64,000 nt of DNA, taken from the NCBI GenBank assembly GCA_038087875.1, contig CM075987.1:17796001-17860000 (forward strand). The letters are read 5' to 3'. Shown piece by piece: positions 36,991 to 47,709 of this stretch. Source of the DNA: Malacoraja senta. Its lineage: Eukaryota. Below the pieces are notes generated by a model, which saw nothing but the letters and a program-made list of their open reading frames with translations, made no database searches and had not been told where the DNA came from. Every line of letters begins with the position of its first letter. The stretch's first letter is position 1. The position numbers and the translations under genes are program-made.

Positions 36991-39900
36991 ATAACACTAG
37001 CAGGAATGACGGTGGAACAGCAATGGCAGGAATTTCTGGGCATAATCCGGAAGACGCAGGATCATTTCATTCCAAAAAGGAAGAAAGATACTGAGGGGAG
37101 TAGGAGGCAACTATGGCTAACAAGAGAAGTTAGGGATAGAATAAAACTAAAAGAAAAGATGTATAACAGATGTATAATAGTAAGATTAAATGAGAACTTA
37201 CCAGTTTGAAGTTTGATCTTTATTTTATGAGGAGTTACGTCGAGGGATTACGTGAAGACACCGCCAGCACGCATGCGCGACATTCTTCAAAGCAACGGTG
37301 TGGAATCACAATAATAGTAATGAAATAAACATAGTAAGATAAGAAGAATTAGGATACCAGTTGATCTTTACAAGAGGGTGGGCATGGAGGGCACGTAATC
37401 CCTCGACATAACTCCTCATAAAATAAAGATCAAACTTCAAACTGGTAAGTTCTCGTTTAATCTTACTATTTTACTTCGGAGTCACGTGAGTGACTACGTG
37501 AAGATTTTAAAGATCTGTGATTTCATGCCGTGGAAATGAGTCCATGCTTCACACACTGCATCATTTGACTACTGATGAGTGATCATTAATAATGCATTCA
37601 GACATGACTTAGATATAGACATGTTGATGCTTTTAATAAACAACCAATGATAATAGTAACCTCACTCAACCGAGAGGGAACTATGAAACAGAACTAGCAT
37701 AGAGTTGGCAACTACCCCCAATCTGGTAATGGGTTGTTATAAATGATTGGAAAGATTGTTAGTTTGACCACCCTGCAGTCCCTAGGATGTGGTCCCCCTA
37801 ACGTCCATACCCTGCTGCTGTGGTAGTTGCAGCCCTGGTGGAGTGAGACTTGAATATTAGTGTTCACTCCTGTATAAGCCAGCCCCTTTAAAACCACCTG
37901 GAGATGGTCTGTAGTGATCCTTTCTTACGAGGCTAATGTAACTAACAATATTGCTAGTTCAGAGTCTTTAATGCTCTAGTGACCTACATTCTGGTGTAGA
38001 TGTGTGACTACACACAACCGAAGGTCCATGAGATATATGAACAATCTAGTTAGACCTGATGCCCCTGGTCTATTCTGCTTGACTAAGTCATAAACATAAC
38101 GTCATTTAGCCCGCAGATATTATCATCGTGTTCAGTTACTGCTAATGCCATGTCTGGACCCGTTGTGCTGAACTCAGTGCCATGAGCATAACCACTTGTA
38201 GGCGAGTTTTACCAAGGACAGGGATGTAGCTGGAGCCCACCGACGAACAACGTGGCACAATGTTAACATCCTATATCTCTGCGTACCCAGGCCTGGGAGG
38301 TTTAGAGTTGAAGATACCCTTCATTACCTGAATCCCAGAGGGTGAGACCCAACAGAAGTGGATTCTGTTCCCCGCAGCCAGCATGATGAGAAGGCACTTT
38401 AGGCACAGTAAATAGCACTTTAACTTGATAATTGTCAATCCCATACAAAATTGACCTTCAAGCCATCAGTCATCCGTGCCAAGCTGAATGTAATATAACA
38501 TAAAACAAATACCTCCCATCTCCTTATGAGGAGATACTACTGTTTGGTGCTATCCCTGCATCTGCAGTGAGCATGTCCAAGGTATGGTTTGACAACCTGA
38601 GCCGCAGGAATGGCCTTCGCAGAGTCTGTAATCAAAGCATAGGTTATATCCTGCAAAAGGATGGTTCCCCGAGTCACGGTAAAACCAGCAAATTGTATGT
38701 CCAGAATTAACCATATAAGGTTCTGTCATCATTCCCCACATCAGCGGGAACCATGGCTGTAGAAGCCAGGCAGGCACTATGAAAATACCTGAAGCGGGAG
38801 CTTGCTGAATTTGCAAGTCCCGTCTGATGAGGCAAAATGGAGGAAGACATTCCTCCCCAGTGTAGCGAGAATACATCCATCGCCATTGATATGCCACATA
38901 TATTGCAACTGGTGATTGAGCCTTGGATGCAGACATTTCGATCTTCAGCGTTTCATCGAGCCACAATGTCATTAAACACTTAGCGATCCAACATCAATTC
39001 TGTATTGACAATTGATGATATACCAGTGCTAGATGAGGTTAGGTAAATTATCACCGGATACTTTGACTGATTATACCCATGTGATCAACATATACCTCCA
39101 CCAAAGTGAATCAACTTGGACTTAAGCATGCACCCCTTAATCCACAGAATGCACCTGTTGTCTGTAAGTAGTTGATACCATATAACTGAACATTTGGTAA
39201 CTCATGCAAATCCCATCCGTCTCCGTAATTTAGAGCTGATATTAGTAATTTTCCATCTTTGAGCAATAGCATCCGTTTGTAATTAACTGAAGATAATTGA
39301 TGAAAAGTTAATGGAGCAATGCTGAATACTATTCGTCCATCATGGTGACTTTGATAGTTTCAGCTGGGAATAGGATAGGTCTGGTAACAATGGTACTTGA
39401 GAATTGATTCCAATCTCTTGCCTCAGGGCGGAGTCCCAGACATTTCAGTTGGTATCAACGTAAATTTAACTTAAATTTAACTGGATGGATGAGAACTCAA
39501 TTCCAGCTAAATTTTGAAATACCTCTGGTGCCTTGTGAATGGAAACTGATCCCATGGTAGTTAACAGTCACGAAGTTCCCTATTCAGAAATGTCTATACT
39601 GCACAAGCGAGTTGTACCTGTTAACAATGAACAGGCCTTATTGCCCCAATTGCGATTCTGCCTAAAAAGGCAACGCCAACCATGTTTTCGAGAACTCTGG
39701 TGCTTGAATGCTGTGCAATATAAACTAATCTGATCTGTAAACCCCAAGTGTAAATATTACCAACTAGTATCCGTAATCGGAAGCTTCTCCTTCATACTCC
39801 AAATGGGAGGACTTATGCAACCTGCCAAGGAGCTGCCTCAACCAGCTTCATCCTTCAATTAGCTTCATCCTTCATACATCCGAATGGTAGGGCTTATGCA

Positions 39901-40844
39901 ACCTGAGTCAGGAGCTGCCTTAGGTATGTGTATGTACTTTAGCACCATCTGCAACCATCTGTTTTATCGAGTGGGAGGAATTGCAACCCTGAAACAGGTG
40001 TCGCTTCAGGCATATGTGCACTTCAGTAGCACCCTCTACCACTCCAGCTCATTTGAGTGTGAGGAAATTTGCAACCCTGAACCAGGAGCTGCTGCCTGAC
40101 ATGCCTTCCACACTCTTGCGGGGTTGGCGCATCTTCCACGAAAGCCGTTCTGGGCCGTGGTCTAAAAAAGACCTCTGTTCTGATCGTACGGCCTTCGGCT
40201 TTCACCAGCTTCGGTGTCTGCTGGTGGGTGCATAGTAGACTTGTGGCATCTTCAGCCAACCCCATGTCTTCAGAGTCAGCCCAGAAGTGACTCCTAATGC
40301 TCCCCTCTGTCGAGGGAGATGCATTATGCAGCCCTCAACGAGGTGCTGCCATGGCCGTCCTAGGAGGCCCATGGTGACAAGGCTCCATATCCTGGAGCAC
40401 GTCACATTGGAGCATCTGCTCCATCAACCGCCCATGCGGGATATGCGATCTCGGTCGCTGCCTGCCAGCGGTGATTCTTCACGGCCCGACTCGTCCGAGT
40501 CTATGGCCTGTCCGTCCTCTGCTTGGTCTTTCTGCCAGTCTGTAGTGTTGATTCAGACTGTACGGGTGCCGGGACGGAGACTGCTGACCGCATAGATTGT
40601 GATCCAGATGCAGTCGGCCGCTGCTGACTGCCCATACTTCCGCGGTCCAGCCAGTCTGGATGCAGCCCGTTTGGACTTCGTTACCGACTTGTCCATAGTT
40701 CCTTCCCTGTAACACAGAAATGGAACAAAATACGACCCCAGAGTAAAGAACTTACCTGCAGGTCTTGTTATCTGGAAAAAGCGGATTCGACCGCTGCCCG
40801 CTACCCGCAGTCTGCGGTCTCCGTAGCGGTTCCCTTCGGCCCCT

Positions 40845-41225
40845 GTAGAAGGGATTCCCCGCAAAACCCATATCGGGTTTTCCCCCATAGTTCTCGCAGC
40901 CGGAATTCCCTCTACAGTCCTTGTAGAAGGGGTTTCCCGCGAATTCCATGTCGGGTTTTGCACCGAGCCTGGTATTCCCGTGGTTCTTGCAGCCGGGACT
41001 CGCTCTACAGTCATTGTAGAAGTGACCCCGCGAGATCCATGTCGGGTTTTGCACCGAGCCTGGTATCCCCGCGGTTCTTGCAGCCGGGACTCGCTCTACA
41101 GTCATTGTAGAAGTGACCCCGCGAGATCCATGTCGGGTTTTGCACCGAGCCTGGTATCCCCGCGTTTCTTGCAGCCGGGACTCGCTCTACAATCATTGTA
41201 GAAGTGACCCCGCGAGATCCATGTC
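40845..41225. repeat. ~91-bp tandem repeat (about 4 copies) in the DIRS copy 3 leader
   Basis: ctctaca(g/a)tc(a/c)ttgtagaag recurs at 40910, 41003, 41094 and 41185. Confidence 0.9.
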
Positions 41226-41626
41226 CCCGCGGTTCTCACAGCTGCCTCTGCGGTCCCTGGAAAAAATATTGGCTTACCCTCCAGTGGGTTGCCACCAGTC
41301 TGAAGCTGCTGGCTCCACCGCCAGCGACTCGAAAAACGGAACTCAACCGCCGCCCTCTACCCGCATCGGGGCCTCCGTAGCGGGTTCCCCGCGATACGTG
41401 GGTGGGGATTCCCCGACCCTGTGGTCCACGACTGGGCTTCCCCGCGGTCCATAAGGTCTCCCGCGGCCCGGCCGACTCAGCCGAAATAAAGCAGGACCTC
41501 TGTAAGGCTTACAGAGATTCCTGCAAAACACAACCTGGGAAGTTTAAAACTTACCTTCAGGTTGGTCCGCTGGTGGAGCAGCGCTTCCCTCCAGCCTGCC
41601 GTTTGCGCAATGCGATAGACGATATG

Positions 41627-41710
41627 TGTTTCGGCCCGAAACGTTACCTATTTCCTTCGCTCCATAGATGCTGCTGCACCCGCTGAGTTTCTCCAGCATT
41701 TTTGTGTACC
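41627..41710 (+). mobile_element. Penelope-like pseudo-LTR fragment with 16-bp TSD
   Basis: cccgaaacgtt...gatgctgc...ccgctgagtttctccagcattttt matches 59687-59762. tgcgatagacgatatg at 41611-41626 and 41711-41726. Confidence 0.8.
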
Positions 41711-43587
41711 TGCGATAGACGATATGACGCATATGCGTGCTGGCGGGGTCTTCACGTAGTCACTCACGTGACTCCGAAGTAAATGTATAGACACAGCAAA
41801 GAGTAGCCGGAAGCCAGAGGATTGGGAAACTTTCATAGGACAACAGAAGGAGACAAAACGAGCAATATGGGCTGAAAAGATGAAGTACGTGGTAAAGCTG
41901 GCCAGGAACGTAAAGGACAGTAAAAGCTTCTTTAGATATGTTAAGGGAAAGAGAGTAGCAAAGTCAAATGTGGGTCCCTTGAAGGCAGACACGGGTGAAA
42001 TTATTATGGGGAACAAGGAAATGGCAGAAGAGTTGAACAGGTACTTTGGATCTGTCTTCACTAAGGAAGACACAAACAATCTCCCAGAAGTGCTGGAGGA
42101 CAGAGGATCTAAGGGGGTAGAGGAACTGAAAGAAATTTTCATTAGGCGAGAAATAGTATTGGGTAGGGTAATGGAACTGAAGGATGATAAATCCCCTGGG
42201 CCTGATGGTCTGCATCCCAGGGTCGTCAGGGAGGTGGCTCTAGAAATAGTGGACGCATTGGTGATCATTTTCCAATGTTCAATAGATTCAGGATCAGTTC
42301 CTGTGGATTGGAGGATAGCTAATGTTATCCCACTTTTCAAGAAAGGAGCGGGAGAGAAAACGGGGAAATATAGACCAGTTAGCCTGACTTCAGTGGTGGG
42401 AAAGATGCTGGAGTCAATTATTAAAGAGGTAATAATGGGGCATTTGGATACCAGTGAAAGCATTAGTCCAAGTCAACATGGATTTATGAAAGGGAAATCA
42501 TGCTCGACTAATCTTCTGGAACTTTTTGAGGATGTGACAAGTAAAATGGATGAAGGGGAGCCAGTGGATGTAGTGTATCTAGACTTTCAGAAAGCCTTTG
42601 ATAAGGTCCCGCATGGGAGACTGGTGACTAAAATTAGAGTACATGGTATTGGGGGTAGGGTGTTGACATGGATAGAAAATTGGTTGGCAGACCGGAAGCA
42701 AAGAGTAGGAGTGAACGGGTCCTTTTCAGAATGGCAGGCAGTGGCGAGTGGAGTGCCGCAAGGCTCGGTGTTGGGGCCACAACTGTTTACCATATATATT
42801 AATGATTTGGAAGAGGGAATTAGTAGCAACACTAGCAAGTTTGCAGATGACACAAAGCTGGGTGGCAGTGTGAACTGTGAAGAGGATGTTAGGAGGTTGC
42901 AGGGTGACCTGGACAGGTTGAGTGAGTGGGCAGATGCTTGGCAGATGCAGTATAATATATATTGATAAATGTGAGGTTATCCACTTTGGCAGCAAAAACA
43001 AGGGGGCAGATTATTATCTCAATGGGGTTAGGTTAGGTAAGGGGGAGATGCAGCGAGACCTGGGTGTCCTTGTACACCGGTCACTGAAAGTTGGCCTACA
43101 GGTACAGCAGGCAGTGAAGAAAGCTAATGGAATATTGGCCTTCATAACAAGAGGATTTCAGTATAGGAGTAAAGAGGTTCTTCTGCAGTTGTATAGGGCT
43201 CTGGTGAGACCACATCTGGAGTATTGTGTACAGTTTTGGTCTCCTAATTTGAGGAAGGACATCCTTGTGATTGAGGCAGTGCAGCGTAGGTTCACGAGAT
43301 TGATCCCTGGGATGGCGGGAGTGTCATATGAGGACAGATTGAAAAGACTAGGCTTGTATTCACTGGAGTTTAGAAGGATGAGGGGGTTCTTATAGAAACA
43401 TATAAAATTATAAAAGGACTGGACAAGCTAGATGCAGGAAAAATGTTCCCAGTGTTGGGCGAGTCCAGAACCAGGGGCCACAGACTTAGAATAAAGGGGA
43501 GGTCATTTAAGACTGAGGTGAGAAAAAAATGTTTTCAACTCCATCTTTATACTCCCAATTTGTCAATCCCTCCCCCCCCCACTATTT

Positions 43588-45272
43588 AGCTAATGTTATC
43601 CCACTTTTTAAGAAATGTTTAAAAAAGCACTGCAGATGCTGGAAAAATCAAAGGTCGTATTCGGAATGGGAGGGGGAGTTGAAGTGCTGGGCCACCGGGA
43701 GATCAGGTTGGTCACTGCTCTAGGTGTCAACTGCCCTACATCGGTGAGAGCAAGCGCAGGCTTGGCGATCGCTTCGCCCAACACCTCCGCTCGGTTCGCA
43801 TTAACAAATCTGATCTCCCGGTGGCTCAGCACTTCAACTCCCCCTCCCATTCCGAATACGACCTTTCTGTCCTGGGCCTCCTCCATGGCCAGAGTGTGTC
43901 CCACTGCAAATTGGAGGAGCAGCACCTCATATTTTGCTTGGGCAATTTACACCCCAGCGGTATGAACATTGACTTCTCCAATTTCAGGTAGTCCTTGCTT
44001 TCTCCCTCCTTCCCTTCCGCTTCCCAGCTCTCCCACAGCCTACTGTCTCCGCTTATTCCTTTCTTCTTCCCGCCCCCCCACCCCCCCACCCCCACATCAG
44101 CCTTTTTGTCTACCTTCCACTTTTTAAGAAAGGAGGGAGTAAGAAAACAGGGATTTATTGACCAGTTACCCTGCCATCTGTGGTTGAAAGATGCTGGAGT
44201 CAATTAGAAAAGATGAAATAGCGGCATTTTTGGACAGCAGAAACAGGATTGGTCCGAGTCAGCATGGATTTACAAACGGGAAAATCATGCTTGACTAATC
44301 CTCTGGAATTTTTTGAGGATGTAACTAGGAAAATGGACAAGTGAGGGCCAGTGGATGTAGTGTACCTGGACTTTCAGAAAGCCTTTGATAAGGTCCCACA
44401 TAGGAGGTTAGTGGGCAAAACTAGAGCACATGGTATTGGGGTAGGGTACTGACATGGATAGCAAATTGGTTGACAGACTGGAAGCAAAGAGTAGGGATTT
44501 GGGCAGCAAAAACAGTAAGGCAGATTACTATCTAAATGGTGTCAAGTTGGGAAAAGGGGAAGTACACCGGATCTGGGGGTCCTTGTTCATCAGTCAATGA
44601 AAGTCAGCATGCAGGTACAGCAGGCAGTGAAGAAAGCGAATGGCATGTTGGCCTTTATAACATGAGGAGTTTGGTATTGGAGCAAAGAGGTCCTTCCACA
44701 GTTGTACAGGGCCCTAGTGAGACCACACCTGGGGTATTGTGTGCAGTTTTGGTCTCCAAATTTGAGGAAAGTCATTCATGCTATTGAGGGAGTGCAGTGT
44801 AGGTTCACGAGGTTAATTCCCGGGATGGCGGGACTGTCATGTGTTGAATGATTGGAGCGATTTGGTTTGCATACACTGGAATTTAGAAGAAATGATTGAA
44901 ATACAAGATTATTAAGGGATTGGGCACACTAGAGGCAGAAAACATGTTCCCGATGTTGGGGGAGTCCAGAACCAGGGGCCACAGTTTAAGAATATGGGGT
45001 AGGCCATTTAGAACGGAGAAGAGGAAAAACGTTTTCACCCAGAGTTGTGAATCTGTGGAATTCTCAGCCTCAGAAGGCAGTGGAGGCCAATTCTCTGGAT
45101 GCTTTCAAGAGAGAGTTGGATAGAGCTCTTAAAGATAGCGGAGTCAAGGGATATGAGGAGAAGGCAGGAAAGGGGTATTGATTGTGAATGATCAGCCATG
45201 ATCACAGTGAATGGGGGTGCTGGCTCAAAGGGCCATATGGCCTACTCCTGCACCTATTGTCTATTGTTTATT
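43588..45272 (+). mobile_element. CR1 3' fragment with internal deletions, interrupted by a Penelope-like insert
   Basis: ANVIPLFKK|...KGG continuity across the insert; RT-region homology; 3' UTR and ctattg tail. Confidence 0.85.
43616..44116 (+). mobile_element. Penelope-like element fragment: GIY-YIG endonuclease C-terminus with an inverted 5' segment, 15-bp TSD
   Basis: Frame 43713-43991 reads HCSRCQLPYIGESKRRLGDRFAQHLRSVR...PVAQHFNSPSH...EEQHLIFCLGNLHPSGMN. 43650-43705 is the reverse complement of ~43810-43865. ccactttttaagaaa at 43601-43615 and 44117-44131. Confidence 0.85.
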
Positions 45273-45726
45273 GACTGTTAGAGGTAAACAGCATCAAAAC
45301 TAGCCCTTCGGCCCAATTCGTCAATGCTGGCCAAGTTACAGATCTAATGCAGGCAAATGGATTAGTGCATATGGGTAAAGTTGTATGGACATGGTGGACC
45401 AAAGGGCCTGTTTAGAGTCATACAGCACGGTAACAGACCCTTCAACCCAATATGTCCATACCGACCAACATACCGACCATCTAAGCTAGTCCCATTTCTC
45501 ACGTTTGGCCCATGTCCCTCTAAACCGTTGCTATCAATGTACCTGTCCAAATGACTTTTAAATATTGTTATAGTGAGTGGCTGCTTCAAGTTCTCAGTGT
45601 GACCTCTGCCAGATGGTGCCTTAGTTTTTACTGAGAGCTTCAGTGCCTTCAGTTCCACCCGACCCCAACCACACCCTTTGCTTTTCATCGAAGCCACGTG
45701 GACTGTTAGAATCATGGAGCTAAACA

Positions 45727-46325
45727 GCATCAAAACAGCCCTTCACACAACTCGTTCATGCTGACGCAGTTACTGAGTTAGTAACTTGGTCCCTGTCCCT
45801 CCAAACATTTTCTTATCTATTTACCTGTCCAAATATTTTCAAATACTGTCATTTTCCATGTCAGAGAAGCTAGTAGAGGCAGGTACAATAACAATGTTTC
45901 ATGATATTTAGACAGGTACATTGATTGGAAAGTTTGGAGAGACATGGACCAGGCACGGGCTTCTGGGACAAACTCAGTTTGCAACTTGGTCCCCATGGAT
46001 GATTTGGGGCTGAAGGGCCTGTTTCAATGCTGTGTAGATATTTAAACATTGAAAAGCTGTGTGAAAATGTTACCCCTTTAAATCTTCCCCCTCTCACTTC
46101 CACCCTGTGCCCTCTAGTTTTAAACTCCCCAACACCAGGGAAAAGGACTTCTCTTTGCCTCTCATGGTTTTATTAACTTCTGTAAAGTCACCCTTCAGCC
46201 TCCAATGATCATGAAACTTATCCCCAGCCTCTTCGTGTTTACACAAATCTAAAAACCCGTACAGACAGTCACATGGTTTCTGTGAAAAGCCAAGGATGTG
46301 GTTGTGGTGAAACTGAAAAACACTG
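45727..46325 (+). repeat. Duplicated block, copy B (uninterrupted; empty sites for DIRS copy 2 and the long CR1)
   Basis: Colinear high identity to 26401-26569 + 31275-31408 + 35598-35889. Confidence 0.9.
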
Positions 46326-46337
46326 AAGCTCACAGTG

Positions 46338-47351
46338 AAGCAAGGCTCAGTGCTGGGACCCCAGCTATTTACGATATATATTAATGATTTGGACGAGGGA
46401 ATTGAATGCAACATCTCCAAGTTTGCGGATGACACTAAGCTGGGGGCCAGTGTTAGCTGTGAGGAGGATGCTCGGAGGCTGCAAGGTGACTTGGATAAGC
46501 TGGGTGAGTGGGCAAATGCATGGCAGATGCAGTATAATGTGGACAAATGTGAGGTTATCCACTTTGGTGGCAAAAACAGGAAAGTAGACTATTATCTGAA
46601 TGGTGGCCGATTAGGAAAAGGGGAGATGCAACGAGACCTGGGTGTCATGGTACACCAGTCATTAAAAGTAGGCATGCAGGTGCAGCAGGCAGTGAAGAAG
46701 GCGAATGGTATGTTAGCATTCATAGCAAAAGGATTTGAGTATAGGAGCAGGGAGGTTCTACTGCACTTGTACAGGGTCTTGGTGAGACCACACCTGGAGT
46801 ATTGCGTACAGTTTTGGTCTCCTAATCTGAGGAAAGACATTCTTGCCATAGAGGGAGTACAGAGAAGGTTCACCAGACTGATTCTTGGGATGTCAGGACT
46901 TTCATATGAAGAAAGACTGGATAGACTCGGTTTGTACTCGCTAGAATTTAGAAGATTGAGGGGGGATCTTATAGAAACTTACAAAATTCTTAAGGGGTTG
47001 GACAGGCTAGATGCAGGAGATTGTTCCCGATGTTGGGGAAGTCCAGAACAAGGGTCACAGTTTAAGGATAAGGGGGAAATCTTTTAGGACCGAGATGAGG
47101 AAAACATTTTTCACACAGAGAGTGGTGAATCTCTGGAATTCTCTGCCACAGAAGGTAGTTGAGGCCAGTTCATTGGCTATATTTAAGAGGGCGTTAGATG
47201 TGGCCCTTGTGGGCTAAAGGGATCAGGGGGTATGGAGAGAAGGCTGGTACGGGATACTTGAGTTGGATGATCAGCCATGATCATATTGAATGGCGGTGCA
47301 GGCGCGAAGGGCCGAATGGCCTCCTCCGGCACCTATTTTCTATGTTTCTAT
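46338..47351 (+). mobile_element. CR1 LINE 3' ~1 kb
   Basis: [10 protein letters not shown]...KFADDTKL; near-identical to 34581-35597; tttctatg tail. Confidence 0.92.
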
Positions 47352-47617
47352 CCAAGCCCTCCCTCCTACACCATCCCTTTGGCCACACATTCATCTGGCC
47401 TATCTCTGTATTCCTATATTCAGAGCATGTGACACCAGAAGCAATGCAGAGATTACAATCTTGAAGGCCCTGCTCATGATTCTGCTATGTAATGCATGGA
47501 AGGATACAAATCTGATGCGGGCAAATGGATTAGTGCATATGGGCAAAGATGTATGGACATGGTGGGTCAAAGGGCCCTGCTTAGAGTCATACAGCATGGT
47601 AACAGACCCTTTAGCAA

Positions 47618-47709
47618 AGTCTGAGGAAGGGTCTTAACTCGAAACATTACCCATTCCTTCGCTCCATAGATGCTGTCTGTCCCGCTGAGCTACTCCAGCT
47701 TTTTGTGTC
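47618..47709 (+). mobile_element. Degenerate Penelope-like pseudo-LTR with hammerhead-like core
   Basis: CTGAGGA (47621-47627) agggtcttaactc GAAAC (47641-47645), followed by the same downstream sequence as 59695-59758. Confidence 0.65.

Larger units (their letters stand above)
37176..41784 (-). mobile_element. DIRS1-like retrotransposon, copy 3 (full length, strongly decayed, distinct subfamily)
   Basis: Terminal arm 37176-37254 is complementary to 37392-37470, and 37468-37504 to 41749-41784. PPFCLIRR...IVPAWLLQPWFP (ORF 38550-38972). YR STRAATTTAA and GWSN (~37760-37845). Confidence 0.9.
36991..43529 (+). mobile_element. CR1 ORF2 fragment split by DIRS copy 3 (pieces 36991-37175 and 41785-43529)
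   Basis: ...LKEKMYN | TAKSSRKPEDWE... continues across the DIRS; RT motifs in ORFs 41880-42965 and 42922-43395. Confidence 0.88.

Noticed and set aside
45604..45620. CTCF-like motif ctgccagatggtgcc
   Set aside because: Several mismatches to consensus, single occurrence, no supporting context.
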